Source: Chrysomallon squamiferum (Eukaryota > Animalia > Mollusca). From it: a stretch of DNA of 64,000 bases. Below, one piece after another: positions 29,068 through 44,060 of the stretch (its first letter is position 1; every line of letters begins with the position of its first letter). The position numbers and the translations under genes were made by a program. The notes beneath the pieces are model-generated. The model did no database searches and was not told where the DNA came from. It saw only the letters and a list, made by a program, of their open reading frames with translations. The stretch covers positions 25,668,001 through 25,732,000 of the forward strand of contig CM022665.1 of assembly GCA_012295275.1 (NCBI GenBank). Direction: 5' to 3'.

Positions 29068-29708
29068 TATTTCACACCGAAAAAAAAAAAAAAAAAAAAA
29101 AAATAAATAATAATAATAATAACAATAAATTAATCTTTACTTGTATCGTGGAGTTTTAGAACTATTTCATTTTACTGACCACTCTTTATAGGTTTTGTGT
29201 TGCCACAACAGATAAGTGATATAACAAAGATGCAATAAAACATTAATTTAACATTCGGGACCGTTACTGTTTATTCAGCAAACGAGACTGATCGACAGAT
29301 ACTGTGATGATTAAAAACAGAGATGCGTCATTTTTCAGTGAGTGACTGCAAGATAATTGTTTTGGTAACTGTTTTGCTTCATTTCATTTCATCTATGATA
29401 AAGATTAATAATGAATTTTAAAAGCAACAAATTCACAATGAACAGAAACACAATACTGATTAAATAAACAACCAAAGAACACAAAATAATTAGCGAGAAA
29501 GAGAGAAAAAATCTAAAAAAAATAATAATAATAATAATAATAATAATTATAATGATAGTAATAATATCGTTATATTCTGAAGGTGATAAACCACTGGAAT
29601 TCAGACTGACCTAACACTAGACGAAAGAAACGCAGATATGCGTAAACTTGGAAGTACACAGAAATAGTCACATACCCAGATTGATAGTCTTATTCCTACA
29701 CACACACA

Positions 29709-30347
29709 CATTCCGAATTCTCCAGACCAGTCCGGTCCATATGTTTCGTCGAAACGAACAGCAAAGATGACCACTGCTATTAGATAGCAGGCCGCTGTGT
29801 AGTAAAAAATATAAATATAGTCAAAGCTTGGCATGGTTGTAATTAACATGTCATTTGAAATAAAAACATTATGAATGGAAAAAAAGAATCTGCTGAAACA
29901 GACATCTCCTCATTTAACCACTCCCCCACACTAGTAATAATAATAATAATAATAATAATAAGAAGAAGAAGAAGAAGAAGAAGAAGACGAAGAACAACAA
30001 CAACAGAAAGAAGAAGACAAATCGAAGAAGAAAATAACTAATAAAAGAAAAAGATGGAAAAACAATTTATAGATTTAAAAAAAAATATATAAAAAATTCC
30101 CAAGATTCTCTGTCAAGCTGTGTAAAAGAAACTCTACCTGTAACGAAACAGAGGACGGCGTTGACGATGTTGATGTCGCTGACTGATTTACATTTCTGTG
30201 TGAACAACTGCAGAACGACGATGAGAAATGCGACATTGATACCAATGAAACCAAAAATAGCGAATGCTTGAGTAGCAGAAAACCACTCTAAAATAAGTAT
30301 GTAAATATCAAACAAATATATATTAACGAATTCTTTTTTAAATTTAA

Positions 30348-30399
<52 letters not shown>

Positions 30400-30630
30400 C
30401 CCCAAACTAATAAAAACTAAATAAATAAAAGTCTTTTAAAACAAAATAAAACTAAATTAATAATTATCTCTTTTTTTTTTTTTTTTTTTTCTTCGTCTTT
30501 ACTTTTCTGTTTATTTATTTATTTTGGATATCTGTTATTGTGAATAAAATATTTTAAAAATTCTTTGACGTATTCTTTTGTTCCGTTACCATTTCTTGTA
30601 CCATCCACCGTAGAACATGGTGTCAGAGGA
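29709..30630 (-). pseudogene. Truncated duplicate of CL-1 (CL-1b)
   Basis: Only 41 nt of exon 1 remain (30630-30590) after a ~700-bp deletion (equivalent to 20013-20714) that removed the ATG and promoter. Exon 2 is intact (30287-30138). Exon 3 (from 29794) is cut after EFGM at a (CA)n tract. Confidence 0.88.
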
Positions 30631-31604
30631 CCATATGGCAGAACTCATAAATAGACTAATATAATTTCTTAGTTTTCCAGTTTATTATTTTCAGGGGTGG
30701 GTAGGGTGGGGGTGGAGACCCACCATCATTAATCCAAATCACATTTGAACGCGGCTCTCTTATCGTTCACAGTAGGAATCGTGACGTCGTTACGTACATT
30801 CTGCAGACCCATGGGGTTCATTTACTTATTTTGTTTGACATCGCGGATCGATCCGCCATGTACACGATGACGTCATGACTACAGAAAAAATACTCCTTTG
30901 TTCTTATACTTTATTATTAATTAAAACTGAACAGGACAATATTTAAAAATATATATGTATAAAAAATTACAACCAAACAAACAACAATTAATTATTGCAA
31001 TTTTCTACACTACATTTAAATAATTTGTTCGAATGATCAAAGATACTACTACAACAACAATAATAATAATAATAATATAATTATTGTTCTTGTTGTTGTT
31101 GTTTTTATTATTATAAATAACATATAAAACAGCTTTAATAAATAGATCGTCTGTATTAAACATACGATTCACTGAAAAGTTATATATATTCATAAAAATA
31201 GCGTATTAAAGTCATCTTACAATTATTCTTATTCTTAAGTGATCTTTTTGATCTTTTTATTGTATTTTCATAATTTAGTAATAAGTGGTGTTAAAGTTAA
31301 ATAAAACAATTATTATTATTTTTTTTTTATAAAACTGTTTGTGTACTCCACCAAACATTCTCGCGTTGATGTGAGTCGTATGGAAAGGCAATATATTTTC
31401 CTGTCTGCGAGTTCAATTACAGATCAGAGATTACAGCATTGCTATGCACTTATAAATCATTTGAAAATGTTCATTAAACTGGGCCTGTTTTTTTTGTTTT
31501 ATGTTCAGTACATTTTAAGACCATTGTTGCCACCCCTACACACGAAGAATAAATGTTTATGTTGCAAACAGAGGTATTTTCATTGTCGAATCGTACTAGT
31601 GTGT

Positions 31605-31647
<43 letters not shown>

Positions 31648-32397
31648 GTTATTAAAACAGTGTAAAACAGACGGACAGACAGACAACACTGGTCGCACAC
31701 TGTGTAATAAAACAAATAATACAAAAATTATATCGAAATAAAAAAAAGGTTTCTAATTTATGGATTCTTACATTCAGAAAAATGACTGATCTGTAAATCG
31801 TTAATCAGATCAATATTATTTCACTCCAAAAGTGACACTGAAAGCAATAACCCTGCTGCGTTTAGATAACCTTTCGCGAAACACAGAATAAATGTAGATT
31901 TAAATTTACTCGAATTTGTTAAAACGTGACAAAGTTTAGTTTTTCATAACTAATTTACTTTTAACCACATTTTCAAGATTTATTTTATTTTTGATTATTT
32001 AATGTAAGACCTTGATTATTTAATGAAAACGTATATGGTTTTTTTTAAATTATTATTCTTTTAAAATTTATTTTATTTTTAATTACATCTTAAATAAACT
32101 GATTTCGTTTAAATTCAGTTTAGTTTCTATTTTGAGATCGTCATGGTCATTCGTTTGTTTGTTTGTTTGTTTGTTTTTGTTTGTTTGTTGACTGGCCTTG
32201 GATTCTCTGTCTCCCAAGCATCAACCTTTTCGCTCTCGTTTTATGCCGGCCGAATTCGTGACATCCCTTGTAATAGCGTGGTTGTTACATAACAATGTAC
32301 TATTCTCGTTTCTTAATGCCATATACCCCCACACACACACACTGCCTTTCCTTTGTATAAAAACGCAATAACCATTGAATCATTTTCACCTGGAATT

Positions 32398-33153
32398 GAA
32401 TGAATGAATGAATGAATGAATGAATGAAAAAAATGAACGTGCTAATCACAGCAAGCTGTTGTGAAGCACGTCTACGACGGGCACGCTTTCTGACAGGTCA
32501 GCGGGCATGTCTGTCACAGAAAAGAGTTTTGGCTAAGGAACGAGAGTGGGTTCTCGTTACGATTGCAGGACACAAGGGAGTGTCCAGCATATCGGATCGT
32601 AAGGAGTCGGTTCCGATGTTTCGTAGACATTATCCGTTTCTTGTTGTTTCAGATACTTGTCTGGCTGGTTGAAGCTCTCCTAGTCATCACCAGGTCCGTG
32701 TTGGTTGCGTCCTGTTTGTTTGTTCTCTTCTCGGCTGCTGTTGATGTTTCCTTGTTCTTTTTGGCTGCTTTCTTCTGGTCCAACAATTCCAACTTTTTTT
32801 CTGTTTTTTTTTGTTTTGCCAATGGTCTTTTTATTGATTAAAAGGATGCTGTGAACACCTGTAATTTCAGATCGAGATAAAGATAAAAGATATATTGGTT
32901 ATTTAAGATACCGGAAAGTAAAAGACAAAAGAGGAACAAGAGGTAAAAAAGAAAAAAGAAAAGTAATAAAAGTAACAATAATACAAAAGCCTATAAATAA
33001 GAATTTAAGTCTAAATAAATAAATAAAATGGTGCAGTATCTTTTTAGTTTCTGAATTTCGCTCAGTTAGCACAATCCGTACGTGAGTATTCTTCACAGCT
33101 TCTCTTCAGAGCTTACACCATGTCAGGGTCGACCATCAGGGTCTGTTGTGAGA
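32398..33153 (-). mobile_element. Young non-LTR retroelement insertion (SINE or truncated LINE), 756 bp
   Basis: Absent from copy A (single ACCTGGAATT at 22460-22469). Flanked here by a perfect 10-bp direct repeat ACCTGGAATT (32388-32397, 33154-33163). (TTCA)n tail at the minus-strand 3' end, preceded by a stem-loop. Confidence 0.88.
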
Positions 33154-33917
33154 ACCTGGAATTATAAACAGATTTACTTTATAACGTGCATTTTTTTGTG
33201 AAGGCTGACTGTTCTTAAGCGAGTTTCACTTCCTAATAATGTAGTCGGGTAGCTGTTTATCTTCTCATTTACTAGCTGTGGTAACAGGATTGTGAATGAC
33301 GTATGACGTCTGAAATACAGATCATTATGTCTGCTATGAAGGGAGACGGGAGGTGACTGTTCAGACTCGTTTTCCTTCTAGATGGCTTTGACACAGACAA
33401 AAGAAATCTATAGGAATTGATTACGTTTTTATTGGCAGTGGTATTTGTTTGAAATGTTTTAATTATATAATATTAAAAGAACGACTTTTTAAAATTGTGT
33501 GTATGAGTGTGTGTGATGGATATTCAAATTGTGAAATATTTATTGAAATGAATAGATAGATGAGTTAATTATTTTCTAATTCCTTTTCCCATTCAGAACT
33601 TAAATTATAGATAAATTATAGATAAACATGCACTTGACAATCTTTGTCGTTAATTTTTTTTTTTTTTTTTTAAACTCGCAGATCAGAAACATTGTATTTG
33701 TCTTCTTCGTATAAATGTTGATTGTTTCAGCGGATAAAAAAAAAATACTTGTTTTATTTCCCATAATTATTATTATTATTATTGTTTTAATTTTACATCC
33801 TAGTTTATGATATGTTTTAAATATCTTTTATTTACTCATAATGAAAATTTTAACATGTTTGAAATGGTTCAACAATTTATAATGAAAATGAAAACTGTTG
33901 ATGCTTCATTATTTCTG

Positions 33918-34010
<93 letters not shown>

Positions 34011-34035
34011 GTGTGCAGTTCTTTTAAAATTGTTG

Positions 34036-34152
<117 letters not shown>

Positions 34153-34833
34153 GTGTGCAGTTCTTTTAAAATTGTTGACAGTAAGATGAGGACTTATTAT
34201 GAGAATGGTCTGCTCATCGATTCACCACTACATACATTAATAAATGTGTGTGTAAAAACAACAAACTAACAATTTAGTCCAACTACCAATATAAAATTAT
34301 AATTATGATAAAAAACAAAACATATTTATCTATTAATTTTTTTATTCATGATAAAAAATGACATATTATGAATGTAAAAAAAAAAAAAAAATATAAAGAA
34401 AAAAAAATGTTACTGTTGTTATAGACAGGAATACATAACACGTCTTTGAAGTTGATCTGTCTTTGTCAGTATTCTCTTATTTCCGAGGAAGAAAAATGGA
34501 GAAAAAAAAAATGACTTGTTTTCATTTGTTTTGTTGATGATGGGAGGAAGCAAAGTTAATAGTAATTTTAATATTATATATATATAACATATATAATATT
34601 AAGAACGTACAAATGTGCTTTATGATATAATTGGGGAAAGCATCACAGACTGCTTCTAAAATGTATAACAAATAAATAAATAACTTATTTAAATCAATTT
34701 TAAAAATTTTAAAGTACAGTAAATAAATAAATAAATAAATAAATAAATACACTAAACTAGAACAGAAATAAAAGTCACTGAAATTATAAACTTAATTGGT
34801 TTCCAGTTCAGGTGCGGATCTTACGAGAACGAA

Positions 34834-36208
34834 TTACGCTGGAGAGGTGCCGCCTTTCTTCGCGCCCAGAATTAAAAGTATCCCTGCCACTGTAGCCAGG
34901 ATCAACGCCACAATGGCAAAACCAAAAGACATCCCAAATTTTCCATACCAGTAATAGTCGTCGAATTTGACAGCGAAAATAATAACAGCCAGTAAATAAC
35001 CCACAGCTGAAAAAGGAAAAAAGAAAACAAAATTATCTTGTCGTAGCAGTTGTAATTATAGGAGATTTAATGGTATTAGTAACGGTAATAGTAGAAGTGG
35101 TGGTGGTGGTGGTGGTAGTAGGAGTAGAAGTAGTGACAGTTGTAGTAACAGGAGAAGTAGTGTTATTAGTAACGGGAGTTTTAGTGATAGCAGTAACAGT
35201 AGCAGTAGTAATAGTTGTAATAGTTGTTATGGTAGTAGTGGTTATAGTATTAGTAGTTGTGATGGTAGTAGAAGCAACAGAAGCAGCAGTAATAATAGTT
35301 GTAGTAGTAGCAGTAGCAGTAGCAGTAGAAGCAATGGTAATAGGTATGGTGAAAAGCAGTCGTTGCAACAGTTATGGAAGTGATAGCTGGGTTAGTTTTA
35401 GTAAAAGTAATAGTCGTAGTAGTAGAAACAGTGGTTGTAGTAGTAATAGTAGAGGTAGAAGTAATAGTAGTAGAAGGAAAAGTAGTAGCAGAAGTAGTAG
35501 TAGTAGTAATAATAATCATAATGAAGAGAAGATGAAGGCAATAAAACAAATTCGTTCGGGACGTTATTTAGTCCTACTACTCGAAGAAGAATAACTCAAC
35601 AGAAAGGGTTTCCTCTCTAATTAATTTTTTTTCGAAACATTTAAACGCTGATGTAAATACAAACCTGCTACAAAGCAAACGATGGCGTTGACAAAGCTCA
35701 AGTCCATACATTTTTTGGCGAAGATCTGCAACACGATGATCAGAAATGACACGTTAATTCCCACGAAGCCGAAAATGGCGAATGCCTGTGTCGCAGCCAG
35801 CCAGTCTGAAGTAAAATTATATTATATAGCTGGTATTTTGCAGAAACGTAGAAAAAACAACAACAAATAAATAAATAAAAATAAATGAATAAAAAATAAA
35901 ACAGGCAAACAAACACACAAACAAGAAAATAAATAAATAAATAAACCTTTTTAAAATCTGTAAATCGCCTTACCGTTTCTGGTTCCATCATAGGCACCGC
36001 ATCTGTTAAAACCATTTGAGTCAGAACACATTCTCCAAAGACCGTAGGTTCTATAATAATATGGACTTGTGACTGAATCGCGAGTTAGTGTTTTTCCCCA
36101 TCCCGAAGTAGTGAAAGCGATCCAGCTACAAAACTGAGCTAGAAGTAAAATGATAAACGCTATTTTCACGAACAAGCCGGCTCCCATGAAACTATCTATG
36201 ACTCCCAT
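34834..36208 (-). CDS. PMP22/claudin-superfamily tetraspan protein, paralogue CL-2b (182 aa)
   Basis: Exons 36208-35974, 35805-35665, 35006-34834. The protein is identical to CL-2a outside extracellular loop 1. Confidence 0.9.
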
Positions 36209-37000
36209 GTCTACGCAGATTTCTTCAGCAGCCCAAGCAGAGGATGTTATGAATCACGTATAATTTATTTGCAAAGACTCGGCCTTTTTATATACCTGTG
36301 TTGCCACAACAAGAATTGATTGGGGGGGGGGGGAATTAAAAATGTCTAGTAGTAATAGAATAATAATTCAGGCTAATATTAAGATGTATGCCTTAGGGTT
36401 TTAATCTAACACTTTTCAACGAATGACAATTATAACATACTCAAAAGAAAATCTTTTCAGTTAAATCCAGCATGTAATCGCTAGAATATTTTAAAACTGT
36501 TTTATATGCGTTTGTGAATATTTCAGTGATTATGGCCTCTGGAAACCATTTGACATTTGTGAAATGAGCAATGGGAGGGGCGTCTTTGAATGTATTTAAT
36601 ATTTTGGTTTTAAAATTATAAAATCAAGGTGGGTCGTAATTTTCAAGCAATGTATCCCATAATGCATTATATAAAATTAGTATCGGACATGCAATAACTC
36701 CTAGAGGGATGTAGCAAATCGATCTATGGTGTAAGTACAATCTTTTTATTAAAACATAATAGCTATAGCAGGTATAAAAAATATTTATTTTGAAACATGT
36801 ATGAAATAAATAAAAACTGTGTTAAGCAGAATAAATGTGAAAACTATTCGTTGAAGTAAAAGAGTAGGCAACGATGACAGAGCAAATTTTTTCCCAACAC
36901 TCCCATTATTTCTTGTGTGTGTGTGTGTGAACTTAAATAAATATATGTGTGTGTGTGTGCATAGACACTTATGTATATGTATATATGTAGATCTAAGTAC

Positions 37001-37047
<47 letters not shown>

Positions 37048-37439
37048 TACTTTGTTGACAAAAGATAACATTTTATAAGATTTTTCAACTGAAAAGAAGA
37101 AAATAAAGTTGGTTGTAATTACCTTTTAAACATGATTTCATGCTAAACAAATTAAGGTATAATAACTACAAATGGTTGTATATTGAACGATGATAATAGA
37201 CGTTACTAATAAATGTCTTTGATAAACGTCTATAAATAGTAACTCTCTGAAAATATGCATGCATGTATTTATGTACGCATGTGTGTATGAGTGTATGCGT
37301 ATTTGTATGTCTATACGTCTGTCTGTGTGCATGTTTGTAAATGATTAGGTAGGTATGTTTATATGTATTTATGTATGTATATCTCTTTGTGTGTGAGAGA
37401 GAGAGCGAGAGAGAGAGAGACAAACAGAGAGAGCGAGCG

Positions 37440-37506
<67 letters not shown>

Positions 37507-37545
37507 GTGTTTTGATTACGCATCAGACAAATGTAATTAAAGTGT

Positions 37546-37709
37546 CTAGGCTAGCGAAGTCCCTTTTAGTTCCTTTGCATTCAGAATCAAAAGAACCCCA
37601 GCAATAATTGACAGAATCGTACATGCAATGGCAAGACCAAACGATGCTCCAAAACCTCTCCCATCTGTTCCGTTGAATTTTTCATTGAAATTTACTAAGT
37701 AGCCTACCG
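37546..37709 (-). pseudogene. Orphan claudin-like exon 3 (probably from CL-3)
   Basis: Acceptor tttcag, phase 1, open to TAG: AVGYLVNFNEKF...[38 protein letters not shown]3 is shortened and polar. No exons 1-2 upstream within copy B. Confidence 0.75.
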
Positions 37710-37713
37710 CTGA

Positions 37714-37766
<53 letters not shown>

Positions 37767-40157
37767 CGATGACTGAGGTAGCAGTAGTGGCATCAGCAGC
37801 AGTGGTAGTATTAGTAGTAATATTAACAGAAATAGTAATGATGAAGATGATGACGATAATCACAGTGCTATTATTATTTTTTTTTTTTAAGTGTACACAG
37901 CTGTATTGTATTTTATTGTGTATAAAAATTTTTATGATCTTATCATACAAAAAAGTATAGACTTACAGAAAGAAGACCAAATCGTGTATGCTTTAGCGCA
38001 ATATAACAAAAACAACAAAAACCCAGCTGATGGCTTGGTTATTTCAGGGCGTAAGGTTATATTAAGGGGCTTTCTTTGACGAACGAAATAGATCAGTACA
38101 TAAACGACGTCATTTTTGAGAAGACAGAATAAAGGTTCCTTGTATCCTCCATAGAATATATTTAATTATTTCTTTTTTAAAATTTGGAAGTTCTTCAGTA
38201 CTCGAAAGAAACACTTAAATTTCTCGTGACTGCTCACTGAAAGGCCGTTCCTTTAGCTTGAATGCAGCGACCTCTAGTCACCTGCTGAATAATTATACCC
38301 CGACTTGAAGCCTAGATAATATGTAACATACTTGAACGTACAAAATATCTTATTTCTTTCTTTCTTTCTTTCTTGTTTTTTTTTTTTTTTTTTTGAATAA
38401 TCAAATCATTTAATCAGAGCAATAATATCCCATAACAGAATGAATGAAGGAATGAATGAATGATAATGATGATGATAATTAATTTAATTAAAATAAATCA
38501 TGGTATATAATACAACAACAACAACAACTATAATAATAATAATAATTATTATTTTCTTTTTAGCGCTTTCCTTATTAATAAAGACAGGTTGGGAAAAAAA
38601 AAAAAAAAAAAAATAATAATAATAATAATAAAACATTGATTTAGAAGTACTCAAAATGTACTTAAAGAGTTTCTTCACAAAAGGTAAGGTTTAACAAAAA
38701 TGTTATGTTTAAAATATTTATAATTATCTTTTTATCAGTGAAGCAGATAGACACAGACATACACATACACACAAAAAACAACACACAGACACACAGACAC
38801 ACACACACGCACACATTTATTCAAATGAAAAAAAAAAAAAAAAAAACCCACAAAGCCAGGTAACATTAGTACTAACTGCTTGCATTACGGACACAGGAGT
38901 GTTCATGTAATAATTTTTAACAAGCGTATTTTCTGTTTGTCTTAAATATGCAACTTTCCAACTTGATTACGTATTCTGTCAGTGTAACGAGTCATGCTCT
39001 AAAAACGTACCACGTTTTTCAGATCTGCATGAGAAGTCATCACAAGAGCCTTGTTTGAAGAGGTAACTGTTGTTACTGAGTTGAGAAATCTGTAACGGAT
39101 GAAGGAGCCACCTGTCTCAGAGGATAATTTGTTGTGCTTTATTTCACTCCATTATGCAGTGTTCTTGAACCAGTAACTGAGGACAATTAAATACATTATC
39201 AGTGATCAAGGTCATCGTTTGCTGAAGAAAAACAAATGGGATAAAAAAAAAAAAAAAAAAAAAAATAAATAATGGAACTTATCTGCATACGGGATATTAA
39301 GTAGATATGTTTTATGGCTGCTTCACTTTGTATTGAAAATTTGTTTTAAAAAAAAGAACATATTTTATAATACAGTTAAATGTTTCTTATTTATTTTTGA
39401 TCCTGAGAAAAGTGGGAGTTGATCCCCTTGCTTCAAAAAGTGAAATGGACTTATTTTATGCCCGTTTCATAGTACGTAATGCCCATTTCACTGATTATTT
39501 ATGTAACGTTTAAATATTTTTATTGTAATACCTTTTTCTTTCTTATTTTCTTTTTCTTTTAAACGTCGCTTCAAAATGATTTATTAATTATTTATTAGAG
39601 GTCAACGTCAAGGAAAACTTTACACCGGTTGATATATAAAACAGACACAGAACCTGTTTGTAGAAGGGTAAATAACTTTCATAAGTCGGTATAATGAATA
39701 AGTGTACAAATATTTCTAAAGGTTTCACCAGCGGCAGTATCCATTTTTATTTCTTTAGTGTCATTTAACAATTGTTAGAAAATAAAAGGCCTTTAAGAAA
39801 GACATTTTTTTTTTTTTTTCTTTCTTTATAATTTTAAAATTTTTAGGGAGACATAAAAAGGAACACAAAAGCACGCACGCACGCACGCACACATACACAT
39901 TGTTATTGCTGTAGCTTATGTTTTTGGTTTTATTCTGTTTTTGCGTACATTATTATTATTATTTTTTTTTTTTTCTCAATTTTTACAACATTGCACACAA
40001 TTAAAGTACAGTTATTTATTAGCTCTTTTTGATATTAATTCATTTCACAGAATGAGATCAAGAACAGTATTTATAAATAACACTAAAAAAAAAGGTGCAC
40101 TGAACAAAATATCAAATAGACTTTTGCAGTCAGATTGCTTGCATTTTCATCTCTGTT

Positions 40158-40892
40158 TTATTCCACTTGTGAGGATTGTTGATTTACGTTTCCTGATTTT
40201 ATTCGTCCATCCATCAAGAGCAACACCCCAACTACAATCTCCAGAAGCAGTGCTGCAACAGCAAACCCAAGTGCGTAACCAAGGTCTGGGTCCACGGCGT
40301 TGAAGGTACCAAGGCCGGAATAATAAGTAAGCGAGTCGTAAAAAGCTGCAAATATGGCAACCGCTATTAGCCAGCAAACAGCTGCAAAACGAAAAGGATT
40401 ATGTTAATGCAACACTCGTAAAGCAAAACTGGTATAGGCACGCATGTGTTATTAAAAAAAAAAAAAAAAAAAAAAATTTAAATAACAATTTCCAGACACA
40501 CAGTGCAATACATTCATTCAAACTCACATTCTACACACAGACAGTGATATCACTGCTGCTATTTGTACTACTGTCACTACCATTACTACCACTACTACTA
40601 CTACCAGAAACAAAAACAACAACAACAACAACAATAATAATAGTGCACATATACAAATACCTGTGATAAAACACTGTATGGCATTAAATATGCTGAGATC
40701 TTTGACTCCCTCACATTTGTTAGTGAAAATCTGAAGAGTAACAACCAAAAACGCCACGTTTATTCCAGAAAACCCAAATATGGCAAACGTCTGAGTAGCG
40801 GTCATCCAACCTATGAATCGAAATAAAACATTATTATTTCAAAACATTTATCAACGTCTTATAAATCGAGGAAAGAACCATATGATATTATG

Positions 40893-40923
<31 letters not shown>

Positions 40924-40946
40924 TGTATATAAATGTTTTAAAAGAA

Positions 40947-41015
<69 letters not shown>

Positions 41016-41666
41016 AAAACTTCAGAAATATAAGATGATACCGAATGGTGCAATGGACGAAATAGGAATGCATCTGTACACCTCAACGATAATAATAAAT
41101 ATAATAACAGCTGTTAACAACAAATGTGTTCTCTATCATGTTTTGAGGTGCAAATGACAATTACATTAATATAAATAATGGAACTCCAAGTTATATATAT
41201 ATATATATATATCATCTTTATACCAACTTCGATAAACATTTTCACATTCACTGATACTTTTTGCTTTAATTTTCTTAATCAGTGCATTTGATCTTACATC
41301 CAAGTTTTAAAAAAATTCTAAAATCTTAATTTTATAATTCGCCTCAGAGGCTCTCATTCTATTTACTCTCTATCAAAGCTTCAGTATTAAAATAATAAAA
41401 AAAAATTAATTTTTTTTTTATTGTTACTTACTGACAGCAACACCATCAATGATTTTGCACCCAGCTGTAATTGGATTAGTATTGTCACATATTCGCCACA
41501 GTCCATAAGCACTATAATTCTGTTTTGAAATGTCAAAATTCTTGTATCCCCATCCAGTGGTTGTAAAGGCGATAAAATTGCACGTAACTGCAATCGCTAG
41601 AATGATAAATGATATTTTTTTCATCAACGAAGCAGATTTGAAACTTTCAACGATACTTCTGGCCAT
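40158..41666 (-). CDS. PMP22/claudin-superfamily tetraspan protein, divergent paralogue CL-4 (202 aa)
   Basis: Exons 41666-41432, 40810-40661, 40381-40158 (exon 3 is not in the ORF track: AVCWLIAVAIFAAFYD...LGYALGFAVAALLLEIVVGVLLLMDG...SQVE*). GWG...YGLWRIC..C motif; phase-1 introns. Confidence 0.88.
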
Positions 41667-42637
41667 AATTATTGCTTTAAACAATCCTGATTTCTTTCTT
41701 ACTTTGTAACTTTATTATCTAAATAAACGATATCGTTAATACATTATTCTTTAATATGACATTTCTACCACCACCCACGGTTGTTTTTTTTTGTTTTTCT
41801 TCTTTTCTATATTATTATTATTGTTATTATTATAATATTGTTTCTCCTTTTCTTTCTTTCTTTTTTTTTCTTCTTCTTTATTATTTTTTTTTTTTTTTAT
41901 ATATATATATATATATAAATGTATGGCTTGTGTATTCCTGTTTTGACAACCACGAAAGTTAGTTTTCCTTTCATTCTTCTTTATTGTCGTGAGGATTTTG
42001 TGTACTTTCTATTGCTTTTGAAAACATAAACGCTCGAGAATATACGGCCTCACTTTCAAACGTCGATCGGATTTGCACGATAAATACGTTAACGAGTGTC
42101 CTATTTTCCCAATCATAGTAGACTTCGGCAATGAACAACAAGTATATATTTTATGTCTTGCCTTAATTTGTTATACTTAAGAGATTTTTCAGTGTGAAAG
42201 ACGAATAAGGCGTACGTCATTGTACTGATAAATCATAAATCATTTTAAGTTGAACATGACCATGATTCTTCTACATATATACTAACACACACCTACACTC
42301 ACCCACACACACACACACACACACACTCATGTACACGCATACACACACAAGCACGCATTCTGAACGAAGACGCACGCACCCATTCCGCTTTTATCCATTT
42401 CACGAAGGCCATCATAAATAAAATAATATGTAACATTATAGCTTAGTGTTTGTAAATGAAGCTTCTTACACCCACTAGTTTCACATTTCACCCAAGTCTC
42501 AAGTTTCAAATTAACCTCTCAGACTGATCATTTTTTTCTTCTTCTTCTTTTTTTTAAACAAATAGCTTCTTTCTTCTCAATGGAACTTAAAACCGCCTGC
42601 TTTCTTTTTGTTCAAATCCAGCATACGCCCTTTTTAT

Positions 42638-42673
<36 letters not shown>

Positions 42674-43813
42674 ATTAATTTATTTATACCGGCTTCGAAA
42701 TTACACTTCACCCTACTGGAGCAAGTACCTGTTACCTATACCTGTGTTTGCTTAAATCCCATGCGAGCGTATTTTCTTGTTATTCTTCAGTCTTATTTCT
42801 TCCTCCTCTTCTGCTTTTTCTCTCTCTTTATTTTCTTCTTCTTTTACATTTTATTCAATCGTTTTTCATCGTATTCTTCCATCCTCTATTTCTTTATTAT
42901 TATCATTATATCTTACTATTCAGTATTCTTTCTTCTTTCCTTTTTTCTTATTCTTCAGTCTTTCTGTTATTACTTTCTTTTTTATATACTTGTTTCTTCA
43001 ACTTACCCCCCCACTCTCTCTCTCTCTGCGTATTATTACTGTTTCAACCAAGTAAACATGATTTATTCTACTATATGAGATAACACCTGATGATACACAT
43101 TTACTAGCATCTTAGTAGAAACAAAACTAGCCCGAAAGTGAAAACCTATACACTATATACGTTTCGGTTACAAGACACTTTTTGAAATGTACACTGGTTA
43201 TCGCAATAGTATGGCTATCTGTATTAACAATGAAAAAATTGGTTGACAAATTTCACAAGCCAATTTTTTTTTTTTAATACCTGCTCTAGAAGTAAAATAA
43301 CAACAACAACAACAAAAACAAAATTATATCAAAATACCAAGAAAAACCTCTATACATCAGCGTTATTTATTAGGTCTGAAGTCCATTTAGTTTTCTTTCG
43401 TCTTTTTTTTTTTTTTCATGGGAAATAACTCTAAACGAAAACCACCACAAACGTGACAGAAAAGGAAAAAATAAAGGTACAGATGGTGCAGGAATCATCA
43501 TTACTGTTTTGTATTGTTTTTTTTTTGTTGTTTTTTTACAATTTCTAATCTATACATTTTTAATCTCTGCTTATAATGGCATCATCATATATTAAAGAAT
43601 ATACATAAACATGATAAACTATAAGAAATTCGCTGTCGCAACGTGTTTCTCTTTCGATTGGGAGCAAAAGGCAAACACGAAAGAGATGTAAAATAGGCTA
43701 CTGCTACTACTAGCAACATCTGTGAGGGACGCAAACTTGAAACGATACATCGGCCCACCATGTTTCGACCTTAAGGCATGCACGCAAATTATAGGAATTT
43801 AGAAATTTTATCA

Positions 43814-43858
<45 letters not shown>

Positions 43859-44060
43859 AAATTTTAATAATTTAACAATTTTATATTTAACTTTTCTGCC
43901 AGGTATATTAATGTATACAGTAAAATAAAATATGTTTGTTAATTTTTCTAATGAGTTTAAAGGTGCATTTTTCATTTTAGAAATGGACTTTTTATCCCTG
44001 TTTGGCCAGCATTTGGTCTGTTGGACCTGAGTGCGTCATGAATCAGTTATTATTCACACA

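Noticed and set aside
33050-33150. CTGAAGA...CGAAA on the minus strand of the retroelement, resembling a hammerhead ribozyme core
   Set aside because: I could not build convincing stems II and III; an Infernal search would be needed.
42608-43083. Phe/Leu-rich ORFs in all three + frames
   Set aside because: A pyrimidine-rich low-complexity tract; no coding signature.
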